Source: Felis catus (Eukaryota). Taken from it: a stretch of 64,000 nt of DNA. Location of the stretch: the NCBI RefSeq assembly GCF_018350175.1, contig NC_058369.1, forward strand, positions 28,088,001-28,152,000. The letters are read 5' to 3'. Below the pieces are notes generated by a model that had not been told where the DNA came from, did no database searches, and worked only from the letters and a program-made list of their open reading frames with translations. Numbering within the stretch: position 1 is the first letter of the stretch; the number at the start of each line of letters is the position of its first letter. The position numbers were made by a program, and so were the translations under genes. Positions 27,351-39,932 of this stretch are shown in pieces.

Positions 27351-28035
27351 ATATTTATTTCAAGTTGTAGGTAATGGTCCCATTGAAGATTCACTGTTAG
27401 AATGAAGATAGAAACTGTATCGTGAGACATCTTGTTTCAGTAACACCCAGGGGCACATTCTGTCTATAATACCTCACACTGTCATCTGTCCTCACACAAA
27501 GGCTTTCTGTTCATAATTTCCAAATTATAACCACCTAACAGCTTCTAAAATGAGTGTCTGGCCTGGCAGATTTTAAAATGCTAGGAAAGTATCTTTGTTT
27601 CTGGATTGTGCTTGTCCAGTGCAGGGGACCAAATCACTCCACCTGAGAGCAAGTTAATTACCCCTTGACAGAAATATATTTACATGCCCAGTAGGGTCTA
27701 TAATGAGGTCCTTCCCATGCAACCATGTTTCAGGCAATGATTCGCTTAAGTAACCGTATTTTAATTACTGTCATTTCTTTCATTATGTATTCTCTACATA
27801 CAATGCACCTGTCAAAAGAACATTTCTTGTTTGACAGACTGTCATCTCCTTCTATTTTTCCCTTGGTCCTGCATACACCACCCCCACCCCCATCAACATC
27901 TATTTTTCCCTTAACTAAAGTCAAGCACTACACAAATTCTTGGGGACTTGGAGGCAAGTGGGACAGTTGACCAGCCCAAGTGATTGGCTGAGCCATTCAT
28001 ATGCTCCTCTGAGATCACTGTTCACAGGTTCTTAC

Positions 28036-28110
28036 AGTATATGTGTCTGCAGCAATTAAGGAGTTGCAAAGCTGTTGATGATGAAGTGACATTTGCTCTA
28101 AGCATTGTCA
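28036..28110 (-). other. Putative exon (75 nt)
   Basis: Long pyrimidine tract ending ttcttaaaag|, donor act|gtaaga; contains an ATG in an open frame. Confidence 0.25.
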
Positions 28111-28734
28111 CTTTTAAGAACACGCAGAAAGGAAAATGAAAAGAGATGTAATTAAAAGTCATCAACCTCAAATTTCATTCACTTACTTGCTTCAAAACTG
28201 CCAAATGAAAATAATTTCAGTTTACCTTAATAACAATATATGGATATTCAATTTTTTTGAAAAGCTTATTTTCAATCTGCATTTCTAATATTAAAAAAGA
28301 GGAAAAGCACTCAGTCCAATTTTCTCTAGTCAGAGAAGTTGAACTCTTCACAAAACACTTGCAATTGAGTGGTTGCCTGATAATTTACTACAATAAGTGT
28401 TGAAGTGTGTGTTTTAAGCCAAATGCGTTTTAAACTTTTTTTGTCTTATCTGAATACATTTTTTTAATTCAAATCACTGTTTGTGACAGAAGGTGGCACC
28501 CACACAAGGTATCATATATGATGTGTGCAGTACAATGAATACTTCGATTACATGATATTTATTATTACGCTCCTATCCTCACATTTTCTGTACTAATTAT
28601 TAGGGAGAAAAAAAGATGACTTTACAAAAGGGACAACTGAGAATTTCTTCCAAGCAATTTTGGAAACTTGAACAAATAGAAAGGCTTTGAGTTGATAAAT
28701 GTGGATAAAATACTCCTGAGCAGAAGTCAAAATC

Positions 28735-28950
28735 TGGTGGCAGCCCCCAAATTTTGTTTGTCTCCTGGTAATTTTTTTTCCATTTAATTGTCAGCTTTAC
28801 AAATGCATGAGATTGTACTTAATTTATTCAGATTTACATTACCTTTCAAAAAGACTGGGCCACCTGGCAACAGTGGGCTCTCTATCCCATATGGCAATGA
28901 TGAGCTAGCTTCACTCTAAGTTTCCTGAGGGGCTGCTGTGGGCCTCTGAG
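28735..28950. mobile_element. MER102-like hAT relic
   Basis: ctggcaacagtgggc...atcccatatggcaa motif. Confidence 0.45.
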
Positions 28951-29569
28951 TGGCACCTCTGTTTTGTGTGCTGTGATACTCAGAGGAAAGTCCTCTCATT
29001 ACCAGCCTGGAGTCATCTATGAAGATATCAAAAGGAGGTAAGGCAGAGGACCAACTATGGAGAATGGACAGGAAAGAAAATAGGGAAGGGAAAGTAGGGG
29101 TCTATTAGGGTATAGTAACGGTGTAAGCAAAGCTTCAGGACTGAAGGTGGGAGAGGGATGTGAGGGGAAACAGTAAATGGACCAGTGTGAGGGGACATAG
29201 GTGTAGGAATGGAGATAATGCGAGAAAGTCTAGAGAAAATTGACTGCAGAGTAATTGAAGAGAGCACAGAATGCCAATTCAAGGAGCCTTCTGGGACATT
29301 ATGCAAGACGCAGATTTTAGCTTCCTTTTGAGAAACCAATCAACCCACTTCACATGCAATTTCAGGGTATTTACATGCCCACTTAAGTGTGGGTAACCTT
29401 CCCTACCTCCCAACCCCCAATCCTTACAGTCAAGGAACTGCACTTAATATTACTATTGTAATCTGGCAGCAATGGTGCCCAACCTCAAGAGAACTGGTAC
29501 TGGAAGCAGGGAGAGAAATTGGCAAGGAAGGGGGAAGGCTAAGGAAGCAGTGGAGGGTCATTAAGTACA

Positions 29570-29815
29570 TAAGCACCTGAGTCACCCTGGCTAGGTTCCA
29601 AGTCTAAGTACCAGGGCCTTATGCAAGTTGTTTAATGTCTTTGAACCTGAGTTTTTTCAGCTCTGAGGGAGGAAACAGTAAATCAGAATTCTGTTTGATT
29701 CTGTTTGTCAGAATGTCAGAAAGCTATTGTGAGGATTTAGTAAAGTGATCCATGTGATATATGCTCAGAAGAGTTTCTGGCAGAAAGTAAGAGCTCAATA
29801 AACATTAGCTATGCT
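29570..29815 (+). mobile_element. MIR
   Basis: caagttgtttaatgtctttgaacctgagttt...gtgaggatt...gagctcaataaacattagct. Other MIR/L2 relics near 270, 2270, 3010, 5390, 8650-9430, 11250, 13700-14070, 18450, 24350, 30270, 42950, 49860-50130, 51950, 55770 and 62260. Confidence 0.75.
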
Positions 29816-31247
29816 GCTATCACCACCACCACGACCACTGAAACTGCACTGAGTCCTGAAAGGGGTGTCTCAGATTAGATCTGTAGCCCTGGGTGTAGAA
29901 ATGAAAGTAAACAGATGACAAAGAGGTCATGAGAACACATAGGACTTGGTTATTTTAGAAATGTGAGAACATAACCTATTCACAAGTACTCAAAGATCAT
30001 CACATGAACCCGAAGGTGGGTGATACTTTAAGACAATAGAGATGGAGAAGGTCAAAAACAGAATCCTGGCTTCCCAGAAGTCACATTTAAGATGACAGCA
30101 GAACAGAGGAGTGCAACTATTCAGAAAAGACAGAAATAGAATTCAAAAGAAAGATCTGAGCCAAGATGCACATTTGAAAGCAGTAGTATTTTGTGAGATT
30201 GAGTTCTACATGGTAAAGGATTGAGGAGCACAGATAAGCTATATCATCACGGTCATCATCATTAGGTAACACTTAGTTCATGGCAGAAACTTTCCTAAGC
30301 ATTTTATTTACATGGTCTATCTCCTTAAGTCCTCAGCATAACAACCTCCCCATTTAATAGATGAAGGCAATGAGGCTTAGAGAGGTTAAAATCCTTGCTT
30401 AAAGTCACTGAGCTCTCAGTATGGATTAAGGGTAGAATCCAAAGTCCACACTCTTCGTCATTTGCTGTATTCTTTCTGATAAAAGGAAAACAAGAAGTCT
30501 ATGTGTTTTTATAAGCAAGGAGAAAGAGGAAAATAAAAGATACCAAGAGGTAGAAGTCAATGAGTCATGCCTTTAAAGAAGAGAAAGGTGATGGATTTAG
30601 GCCGAGAGCGATCACAAGGCTAAATTGGGCTCTGAACACAGAGAAAAGCATTTAAAAAATACGAGGGATTAAAGAGGGGGATAAAGGCTAGAATAGATAC
30701 ACTTGATAAGTTGAATACCTGGTAAGAAGCCAAATCATCCCAAGATCAAGTGCCCATCTCAGTTAGAACGTAGGACAGGAGGTAGGATTTCATTGCTTAG
30801 TTTCAACAAAGAAATGAGCACCAGAATTTTGATTTCAAATTCATTTACAATAGAATTTTTGAATTATCTATTTTACTTTTTGTCCAGCTGGGGCAGTTAT
30901 ATTTTACTTGAGAGGTTGCCAGGACTTTGATTTCATCCTTAGAGAGACAGTGACTTCAGAGACACATGTCCTCTGGTAGGAAATAACATCAACTCCACAA
31001 CTGTTGCAACCACACAATACCCCAACCTCACCTCACTACCCTCCCACCCCCCACCACACTGCACCACAGACCACAACAACAGCTAACATACAGAGCAGCT
31101 AACACAAAGAACTTACTACCCACCTGGCACCACACTAACTGGGGCCAACATCCTATTTCATTTAATATTCAGAGCTACTCCCCCATGTCATTGGTCCCAA
31201 CATCAGCCACATTCACAGGTGGTGACCTAAGGTTTGGTCTACTCATA

Positions 31248-31495
31248 CAATATGTAGTCCATTTGTATGAAATAACCAGAAGAGAATTCATGGATGTGGA
31301 ACATAGATTAAAGTTTATGAAGGGCTGGGGCAGTGGGGAGAATGGGGAGAAACTGCTTAATGGGTAAGGGGTTTACCTTGGGATGACGGAAATGTCTTGA
31401 AACCAGGTGGAGGCAGACAAGCCACAATACTGTTCACTTCAACATGGTTACTTTATTGTGAATTGCACCTCAAAACAAATTATTTTTAAAATGAA
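31248..31495 (+). mobile_element. L1MB-like 3' end
   Basis: gggctgggg...gaatggggag...actgcttaatgggta...ggatgacggaaatgt...gtgaattgcacctcaa. Confidence 0.7.
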
Positions 31496-31887
31496 AACAA
31501 AATTAAATCTTAGGATGTAGACTAACAAATGGATCTTTCTCTTTTTCCCCCAGAATATTAACAAAAAAAATCACTATGAACGATGAAAACATTATCATTC
31601 CGATGTTTGGGTTTAATTTGGGAAGGGGGAGGCTTTGTTTTTCTTTTCCTTTTTTTCTCTTAATTACCCCACAAAAATCACATATGAAAATCTATCACAG
31701 CAACAGGGAAACTTCTACTCTACAGGCTACAGTCATTATGGTATAAGACATGGAAAACGAACAAATGAACAAATTTCTTCACTATGAAGATAGTTCTCTC
31801 CCCACTCAAAGTATTCAAAGATGAACTTCAGTTAAGGGAAAGAAGAGTAACCTTTAAATTAATTTAGACACAGAACTTAATGCTCTT

Positions 31888-32360
31888 TGTGTCGATGCTG
31901 TTTCTCTCATCAGCAGAGTCAGGATTAGACACGTAAGAGATTTATCACAGGGGGCAGTGGGCAGAGGGAAGGAAGAACAACAGACAGAAAGAGCTAGCTG
32001 CCATACCATCATGTGAGTCTGATTCCTCTAGAGGAGATGGTGGAAGGTAGTTTTGGGTAGGAGCCATCTTGGGCTCCAGAGTAAGTCCATGAAAGACTTA
32101 CTGTCCTTTGGCCAGACCCATAAGGAGCCCCAGAGCCAGTCTTCCAAAGAAAGAACCACACATATCACAGGTATGGGTGTGTACTATTAGCCCACTTGCC
32201 TTCATTCATTTGCTACAGGAAGTGTGCCCCTAGCAGGACACAGTCGCAGGTCCAAAATAGCAGCGACTACGTTCTTCAATTATGCTACGGTGACAAAAAA
32301 TCTGAGAGGCACATTTTTGTAGAACCACCTGGACATATTTTCAAAGTCCTCACACTATGT
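31888..32360 (-). mobile_element. ERVL LTR16-like solo LTR
   Basis: gagatttat, tgggtaggagcc and ggagccccagagc motifs; diverged. Confidence 0.5.
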
Positions 32361-32905
32361 AGGGAGTTGGCACTCTACCTCCCCTAATAGTGAGGGACAG
32401 GTAATTGAAATCTGCAAACGATATCCAATTTTATTTTAAGTCCATGTTTTTGTAACCTCTCCCCCTACTAAACCTAGGAGGTCTATTGCTAGGGAGAGAG
32501 GAGAAAGCAAACTCATAGCAATGACATTCCAAGAGTCCACCCCCCAAGCAAAAGTCCAGCCAGCAAAGAATCTAACTAAAGGAGCAAGTCAACACCAAGG
32601 CTGTAATCTACAAATGGCAAGTCAGATCCCGCACATCAAGTGTGACAGTTAATTAACGTTAATTGGAAATGTTAGCAAGAAATACAGATTTTTGTCTGTT
32701 TAACCATATGGGGAACAGGGTCACTCACTGAAGGATTCACATAAGTGTTAGCACTTCCCCCTACGAGTCATAAACATGTTCTTTTAGAGTAATATGGGCA
32801 TTTTATAACACATATCCCGTAAGTTTTATATGTATTACATTTGTCTGAAATCTAGAGAGATACTTTGTAAGCTATGTACTTTATTCATTAAAAATATGAA
32901 GGAGA

Positions 32906-33125
32906 GGGGTGCCTGGGTGGCTCAGTCGGTTAAATGCCAACTTCGGCTCAGGTCATGATCACCCAGTTCGTGGGTTCAAGTCTCACATCAGGCTCTTTGC
33001 TAACAACTCAGAGCCAGGAGCTTGTTTCAGATCCTGTGTCTACCTCTCTCTCTGCCCCTTCCCTGCTCATGCTCTGTCTGTTTCTCTCTCTCAAAAATAA
33101 AATAATATTAAAAAAAATTTTTTTT
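32906..33125 (+). mobile_element. SINEC
   Basis: Typical; TSD aaatatgaa. Confidence 0.93.
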
Positions 33126-33919
33126 AAATATGAAAGCTAGTGTAGGGCCCAATAAGTCAAATTACATAGAAGGAGTAAGGTACATGGAATCAATCTTTGT
33201 GATTTCATTGGAACCAAGTAAAAACATTATTTATATACCACAGAGGTAGAAACAAAATCCATGTTTTTAGGAAGAGCAATAAAGTCCAGCTGTGTTACAA
33301 GAAAAGGCTTTAAAAATAAAATAATAGTATAAATAATAAAAACACTTGTATGTACATCTGTGTTCTGTTGTCATGTCCATTAATCTACGGTTATTAAATT
33401 TGTGCACTTCTGCAAAATATATACATATAACTTTAAAATAAGAATTGAAGAGGGAAATTCCATGGGTAAGAATGAAACTGTATCAAATTCTGAGAAGTAA
33501 ATACCATGCTTAGCGGAGAAGTTTTGAAAGCTGATGCTAACGTTATCTGTTTTGTGCTACATAATCAGCCCCTTTTAGACTACAATGGACTTCCTGTCAG
33601 CTTTTCGGTCCTTGAAGCAACAATCTGCTAACTAGGAACCACATAAATCACCTAAAAGTTAAAGTACATCTTAAGGTATTTAATTCAAATCCCAGAAATG
33701 TTTCCTCTCATTGTAGTATCTGGGTTATTGAAGAGATTTCGAGTAAAATTTCTTTATTTTTTTTTTTTTACAATGGCATCTTTTCCCCTCTCGTTCTAAA
33801 CTGAATATACCATTTCCTCCCATACTTAACCCTCAAGATGGAGGAAGTGGTATCCTCCAACATTTTGTGAACACAGACTAATTTCCACACAAGTAAAACT
33901 CCATGAGATAGATGCTGAG

Positions 33920-34200
33920 AACATCGGCCGCCTATGGCCTTCACGATGCCACGATGACCGCCAGGGGCGGGCCAGGCTGCGAACTGCAATCTCTGCCACA
34001 CACCCCACTTTGGTCTGGTTTCACGTGGGATGTGGGGACAGAAACATGGATTTCCTGATCAGTAGGCAGTGTAGCAGTCACACACACAATGGAGCAATCA
34101 AAAAGGTGAGCAGGTGAATATTCTCTTTCAGAGGATAAATTACCTTTTCCCAGAAAACGATTATTGGCTGACAACAAGGTGGTAATTTACTTCCCTGCAG
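33920..34200. promoter_or_regulatory. Candidate alternative promoter/enhancer
   Basis: 7 CpGs in 33925-33981, GC box GGGGCGGGCC (33964), CACGTG (34022), ATTGG/CCAAT box (34163), no TE recognised. Confidence 0.4.
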
Positions 34201-34290
34201 CCTATAATAAACAAAAATACAAAGTAGGACACCATTTCCAATAGCTATGTGGGTGATTATAATCACCTTTTAGCCTTGAAACCAGTCCCT

Positions 34291-34445
34291 ATCTCATCAG
34301 CTATGATACATAAATATTGTTTTAGATTTTCATGCCTTCTAAAAGAAAAGCTTTTGTGTGCTCCAATCTCATCAGTTATGACACACACACATATATATAT
34401 ATTTTTAGATTGCCATGCCTCCTAAAAGAAAAGATTTTGTGTGTC
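34291..34445. repeat. Two-copy tandem duplication (~75-80 bp unit)
   Basis: atctcatcag...tttagatt..catgcc.tctaaaagaaaag.ttttgtgtg occurs at 34291 and 34366. Confidence 0.85.
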
Positions 34446-35856
34446 TCAGCTTGGCAAGTTGTCCCCAATGCCCCCTACTTCCAAACTTGACAGAGTTGGA
34501 GATTTCTTTTGAGGTAAATCCTGTTTCTTAACTCAGAGTACCTTCTTGCTTCCCACCTTCAGGAGGGGGTCTGAGACGGGCAGTTCTATCATGGAAATAG
34601 GACAGAAGAGGTGGGTTATGGAAGTCAGTAATACTGAGCAGATTGCTTTGCCTGGACAGCAGCATCTAGGGGAGAGTAACAAACGCTCTTTAGTTAAGAC
34701 TGCTTCTTTCAGTGGGTCTTTTGATAATCTAGGGGCCTAATCTGACACAGAAGTTGCAACAAACCACACAACAGCAATTGGGATTTGTGAGTCTAGGTGC
34801 TATATAAGGCAGGGGACGGGAGAGGACAGCCCAACTTGAGGACCTGGAGAAGACAGGAGTTGGAACATGCATGGGAGTAGGAAGAGAGGAATGAAGGACC
34901 CTGATGGCAGTCTGGGGCTTAGAAGCAAAGAGCTTGAGGAGAAGCTCCACCTTGGAGGGTGGCCAAGATGGTGGCAGGAGACTTCGTACGGGAAGGGATG
35001 CCTGCTTGGTCATAGAATCACCTTCTATTATGAGTACACCTCCAGATAAAAGCTGTTCTGAACAATCACCTTGGGTTTGGTGGTGCTCTGGGGACTGGAG
35101 GAGGAGGCAACAGAGGTCTGCTGGTCACCAAAAGCAAGAGGCTGAGTGGGGACACCAGCATGCACACACAAGCAGGAACCCAGGTCAAGAGGTGGGAGAA
35201 CATCATAGAATCTCTCAAATGTTTGGAAGGGCTGGGGATGGGGAGGTGGGCCTCCCATAGTATGTAGGATTATACCATTTATTTTGGAACAGTACAGAAA
35301 GGATGTCAAAAGGCCAAAGAACTTAAGGGCCATCAGCTCTTAATGAGAGGAATTTGTTAGTTTAACCTACAGGTCTCTAAAAAGGAAAATGAATTAGTCA
35401 TGAACATTTAAAAATACTTTTTTTTCCCCCCTAGCTATAAGACTTCTTTGGTTTAAAAAAAAAAAAAAAAAAGATAAAAAGATGAGACAGCCTGAAAATG
35501 TCAGGCTTGAATTCCCAGGCACTTCACAGCAACTGATGTCTTCAGAGAGAGCAAGGGCTACAGAGCTCTTAACAGACCCAAATCCAAATCCCTACGGCCC
35601 AGACCAGTTCACTCCATTTATATTCTCTGCGTATGGAAGTGGCAATTCTGCACACCCTGATAGTACAGGATCCAAGGGGTCTACTCATGACAAATAACAT
35701 ATCCTATGCATTTGTAGTGGTTATTTTTGCCTTGCCCATAGTAGTGGCTCAATATAATTGTGGTGAATTCTTTGGTTCTATACTAGAAGGTGAAGGCAAG
35801 TTAATCTGCCTATATACATGGGATCTTCCTATTGGTTTATGATAATGAAAGGCATA

Positions 35857-36304
35857 TGTGCTGGTTATTCTCCATCTGCTCCCCAGATCTATGCTCTGCC
35901 CTTAACTGTGCCATGTGCTAGCAAGTTATTTTCTATGTATCTGTCAGACTCACTTCTCCTCTGACTTCTGGTAGGTTTGGCCAATGAGAATCATGAGCAA
36001 AAGAGCAGTAGTATGAAGGGAGAGAGATGGGGTATTTACTCCCTCTAATTCTTCTCATGCTTCTCTAATCTCCATCGAGCCCCCTTGGATAGGACTGGCT
36101 CTTGTGTGGCTCTCCTACCTGTTTGCCCATTCAGGCATAGAGGCAACACCGACTTTCCTCCGGTGCCACTCCCTGGTGCTTCTTCAACTACTTTTACTTT
36201 CCCCCCAGTCTGCTTATACCTTAAAAATAGTCCCTTTACTAAAACCCCCTCCCATTCAATGTTCTGATCGGGCCATCTGTTTCCTGCTGGCACTTGATAG
36301 ATCA
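35857..36304 (+). mobile_element. LTR33-like ERVL solo LTR
   Basis: tgtgctggttattctccatctgc start; tttggccaatg; ggggtatttactccc; aaatagtcccttta; gccatctgtttcctgc end. Confidence 0.8.
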
Positions 36305-37842
36305 GATGTGAACATTCCAAATTCGGGTACAAAAGTAGTTGGACAGAAAAAAACAAAAGGAGGTAGAGAAAAAAGAGTAGATTTCAAATGAGTCTGAAAA
36401 AAATGGACCAGTGCAGTCTTGCACTTTGGTCTTTACAAGGCTTACTTGCCTTAATCAGATACTTAAATGGTTGAGTGTTCTGGGTCATTTCGTCTCTGAA
36501 GCCTTTCATTTCATGTGTAATTAGAAACACGCCAGTCTGTAATGATGGCAGCCTTCAAAATGGTCAGTCTGTCACTTTCACATCTCTAACTCAAAACACA
36601 AATGCCTGCCTGATTACTAAGAGTCTTATTAAGGGGCCATTGTTTTCGCCTTTCTGCCAACTCCTCCCATCTCCTGATCTTTATCATCTTCCATTCTACT
36701 TAAAGAAGGGTCAAAAAGAAAAAAGATAATCCCATAGACATCCACATCAGACTGTATTCATAACCGAGGTAAAGTGCATCTGGTCTTGTCACTCAGTTTT
36801 TGTTTTCCTGTCTAAATCTAAGAATAACCTGCAGTCAGTTGCAAAACAGAGAGGAAGTTTTTCCAAGGAGCATGAGGGTGGCAGAAGTTAACCGTGATGG
36901 AAATACCAATGTAGAGAGTTCTGGTTGGATTTCACTGTGGCTGCCACTTAACTGTACTAACTTTTTTGGTCATGATATTTAGTGCTATTAATTTGAGGTA
37001 TAGCTATTATCTTTTGTAAAACTAATCAGATCTGGCAGAAAATATCCTTTAAAGAGGACACCAATTCTAAAAACTGCTTAATTTCTCTGTTGGCTGAGAT
37101 AAAGAAAAATAACCTTTATTTTTACAAGTGATTAATTCTATTCATTTTTTAAAAACCTATTACTGCAACATTATGCACCCGATTTCTCAGAGACACCTGT
37201 TTTCATATTATCTAAATTTCAGAGAAGCCTTGTCGGGGTTTATAAAATACAGTATTTTACCCATAATAATTTTTACTCATAATAAAGTAGTATTGGCACC
37301 GAGGGCCAGAAATAGTCCAAAAATGGAACAGATCAGATTTGTAGCTCCTGGAGGGTAGAGAGTATCAGCCACTGTGTCTTTATTGATGAACACAGTACCT
37401 GGCACATGGTAAATGCTCAATTAATTTTTACTGAATGAAAAGAATGTCTTTGTGGCCAACCATCTTGGCGGACTTCACCCACTCTTAATCCAACAATCCA
37501 GAAGTATCTACTCTCAAGGACCACCTTTTTGCAGCAGTGCTCATGCCCAGGACACAATTCTGATTCGGCAGAGAGATCTTCAGTACCTTAGAAAGGTTTT
37601 GACAGGTTCTCTGCATTAGCATACAAAGCCTACACTGTACCCTGCAGAGAGGATAATGAGAGTCAACAGTCCTAGTCTTCCTCAAGTGGCACTTACTACG
37701 TCTGAAAATAAATGCCCAGGAACACAAAGAAAAAGCAGCACTGAAACCACCAGTGTAAGCAAGCAGAATTGCAATGACGGAGTCAGGCAAAGAAAGAAGC
37801 AATCAGTAGGTTTGTCTTCATGCAGCTTCAAGAGCGCTGGTT

Positions 37843-37938
37843 GGGGGCGCCTGGCTGGCTCAGTTGGTAGAGCTGGAGACTCTTGATCTGAGGGTCATGA
37901 GTTTAAGCCCCACACTGGGCATAGAGTTTAGTTTTTAA
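37843..37938 (+). mobile_element. Short tRNA-Lys-like carnivore SINE
   Basis: gcctggctggctcagttggtagagc head with no (CT)n body; TSD ag(c/t)gctggttgg. Confidence 0.8.
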
Positions 37939-39231
37939 AAAGTGCTGGTTGGTAAAATTATCTCAGGAGCTGGTGGTGCTTGGATTTCCTTTCCATGGGC
38001 TTTGACCTAACAGTGTTTAACCATCTCTCTGGAGAACTGACTAGCCAGGAACACGCCATAGGAGTATAGGCGTCCATCTTTGCCTAGATCACTGTAATCA
38101 ACTGTTTGTTCATTCCCAAGCTGTCTTTACTAGCACAACAAATGCAGTGCTGAAAAGGGGGAGCAAAGGAGGTATTCGCAGCACACCCTCTCTCCGATAG
38201 TGAGGACAAAACGGTGTTGATAGATGTGTTTGGTCATATTGAATACTTTAAGAGAAAGTTATACTTGAAAATTTGTATGGAATATCTACCCCATGAGAGA
38301 AGAACATCTATCTACCATCAATCATAGTGAATTAAAATGATCTTCCAATAGCCTAATACGCCAATTAAGAAATAATGTGCCCTTCAGTAAAGATGTCTTC
38401 TAATTATATCAGAGAGGGAGAGGCTCATTTAGGGACTGAGTTTTCTTCAACACCTACATGTCTCTAAGTTGTTAGCCTCCCTTTGGAAAAGGAAGCATTA
38501 CTCAGAGCTCCCTCAACAGCATCAAGAAACCCAATGGCAGGAAAGCTAAGACAGCCCCAGGACCAAACACCTCTTTGCACATGGTAAACCATTATGACTA
38601 CGAAAAGAATACAAAATCTCCCCTCTTCAACCTAACACTTTAGAGGCTATTCATCACCTAACAAAACAAGAAAGTGCATTATAAATAGAAGCCCACAAAA
38701 TGAGAATCTATCATTGCAGGCCACAGAGTCTATGCTAGTGGTTATATCTGGATATGGCAGTAACCAAGACCCTCTTCCTGACTTGGAGGAAAACCATTCA
38801 TTCTTCAGGACAACGCTGAAAGTCACCTTCTCTGGACATATTCCCTGAGCTCGGGCAGACACTCCTTTCACCGGATTTACAGGTAGCTCTTGATCCCTCT
38901 CTCCATCACAGCACTAGTATCCCATCACCATTCTGTTTCTCCTTAATGAGACTTTAGCCTCTACAAGAGTTGGTACCATGTCTGTCTTCTGAGTTCCCAG
39001 GACCTGTAACTAAGCATGACAGCCCTTCCGTCTGTTGAACGTAATATGTTTTGTTTTTGTTTGTTTGTTTTTAAAGTTCCAGGACCATGCTTTACAAACC
39101 CCATCACCAAAGCCTAAACATTTGCAGAGCTTCAGAAGAAAGAACCCACTTTCTCAGACTCCTATTCAGTGAAGGCACAGTCCTATGACTCAGGCTACAC
39201 TGTGAAAGACTTATAAAGCAACAGGAAGCAC

Positions 39232-39490
39232 GGGGAGCCTGGGAGGCTCAGTCGGTTAAACACCTGACTCTTGATTTCAGCTCAGGTCATGATCTTACAG
39301 TTTCTGGGTTCGAGCCCCACATCAGGCTCTGTGCCATCAGCTTAAGATATTTTCTGTCTTCTACTCTCTCTGGCCTGTTCTGTCTCCCTCCCCCTGCCTG
39401 CCTGCCTGCCTGCCTCTCTCTCTCTCTCTCCCCATCTCCCTTTCACAAAGAAAGAAAGGAAAGAAGGAAGGAAGGAAGCAAGCAAGCAAA
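39232..39490 (+). mobile_element. SINEC with tail decayed into (GAAA)/(GGAA)/(GCAA) repeats
   Basis: SINE head; TSD caacaggaagca. Confidence 0.88.
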
Positions 39491-39616
39491 CAACAGGAAG
39501 CAGAAGGAGCCACCACAGAAACCCGATTCCTGAAGGGGCATGACAAGGCTACCCAGGCTTCAGTATAGCATTAGCAGAGAGCCTGTAGTGTAGTTCTCCC
39601 CTCAAACTAGCTACAT

Positions 39617-39830
39617 CAGTAGTTCTCAAGTGGGTGCGATTTTAGGATTTTGCTCCCATTTCCCCTCTCCCACCCTAGGGCTTTGAGCAATTTGGGGGGA
39701 CACTTTAGGCCATTACAACTAGAAGGGTGCTACCGTCATTTTGTAAGATAAGGCCAGGGATGGTGCTAAACATTACGCAGGGCACTGAACACACCCCCTC
39801 AAAAATGCCTATAGAACAAAGGTTCAAAAA
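39617..39830 (+). mobile_element. MER20-like MITE
   Basis: cagtagttctcaa...gattttgctccc...aggccagggatggtgctaaacat. Confidence 0.65.
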
Positions 39831-39932
39831 TGGAGTGAGAATGATTTTTGTTGTCTGTCACTAAAGGACTATCTTTGCCTCTCTAAGCCTCAATTTTCTT
39901 ATCAGTATCAAGGCAATAAAAATCAACTTCAT

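Noticed and set aside
33768..34001. 77-aa minus-strand ORF over the CpG patch
   Set aside because: Non-ATG start and no recognisable domain
37843..37938. tRNA-Lys-like sequence (also at 46386 and in all SINE heads)
   Set aside because: Diverged, with tail and TSD: a retroposed SINE, not a tRNA gene
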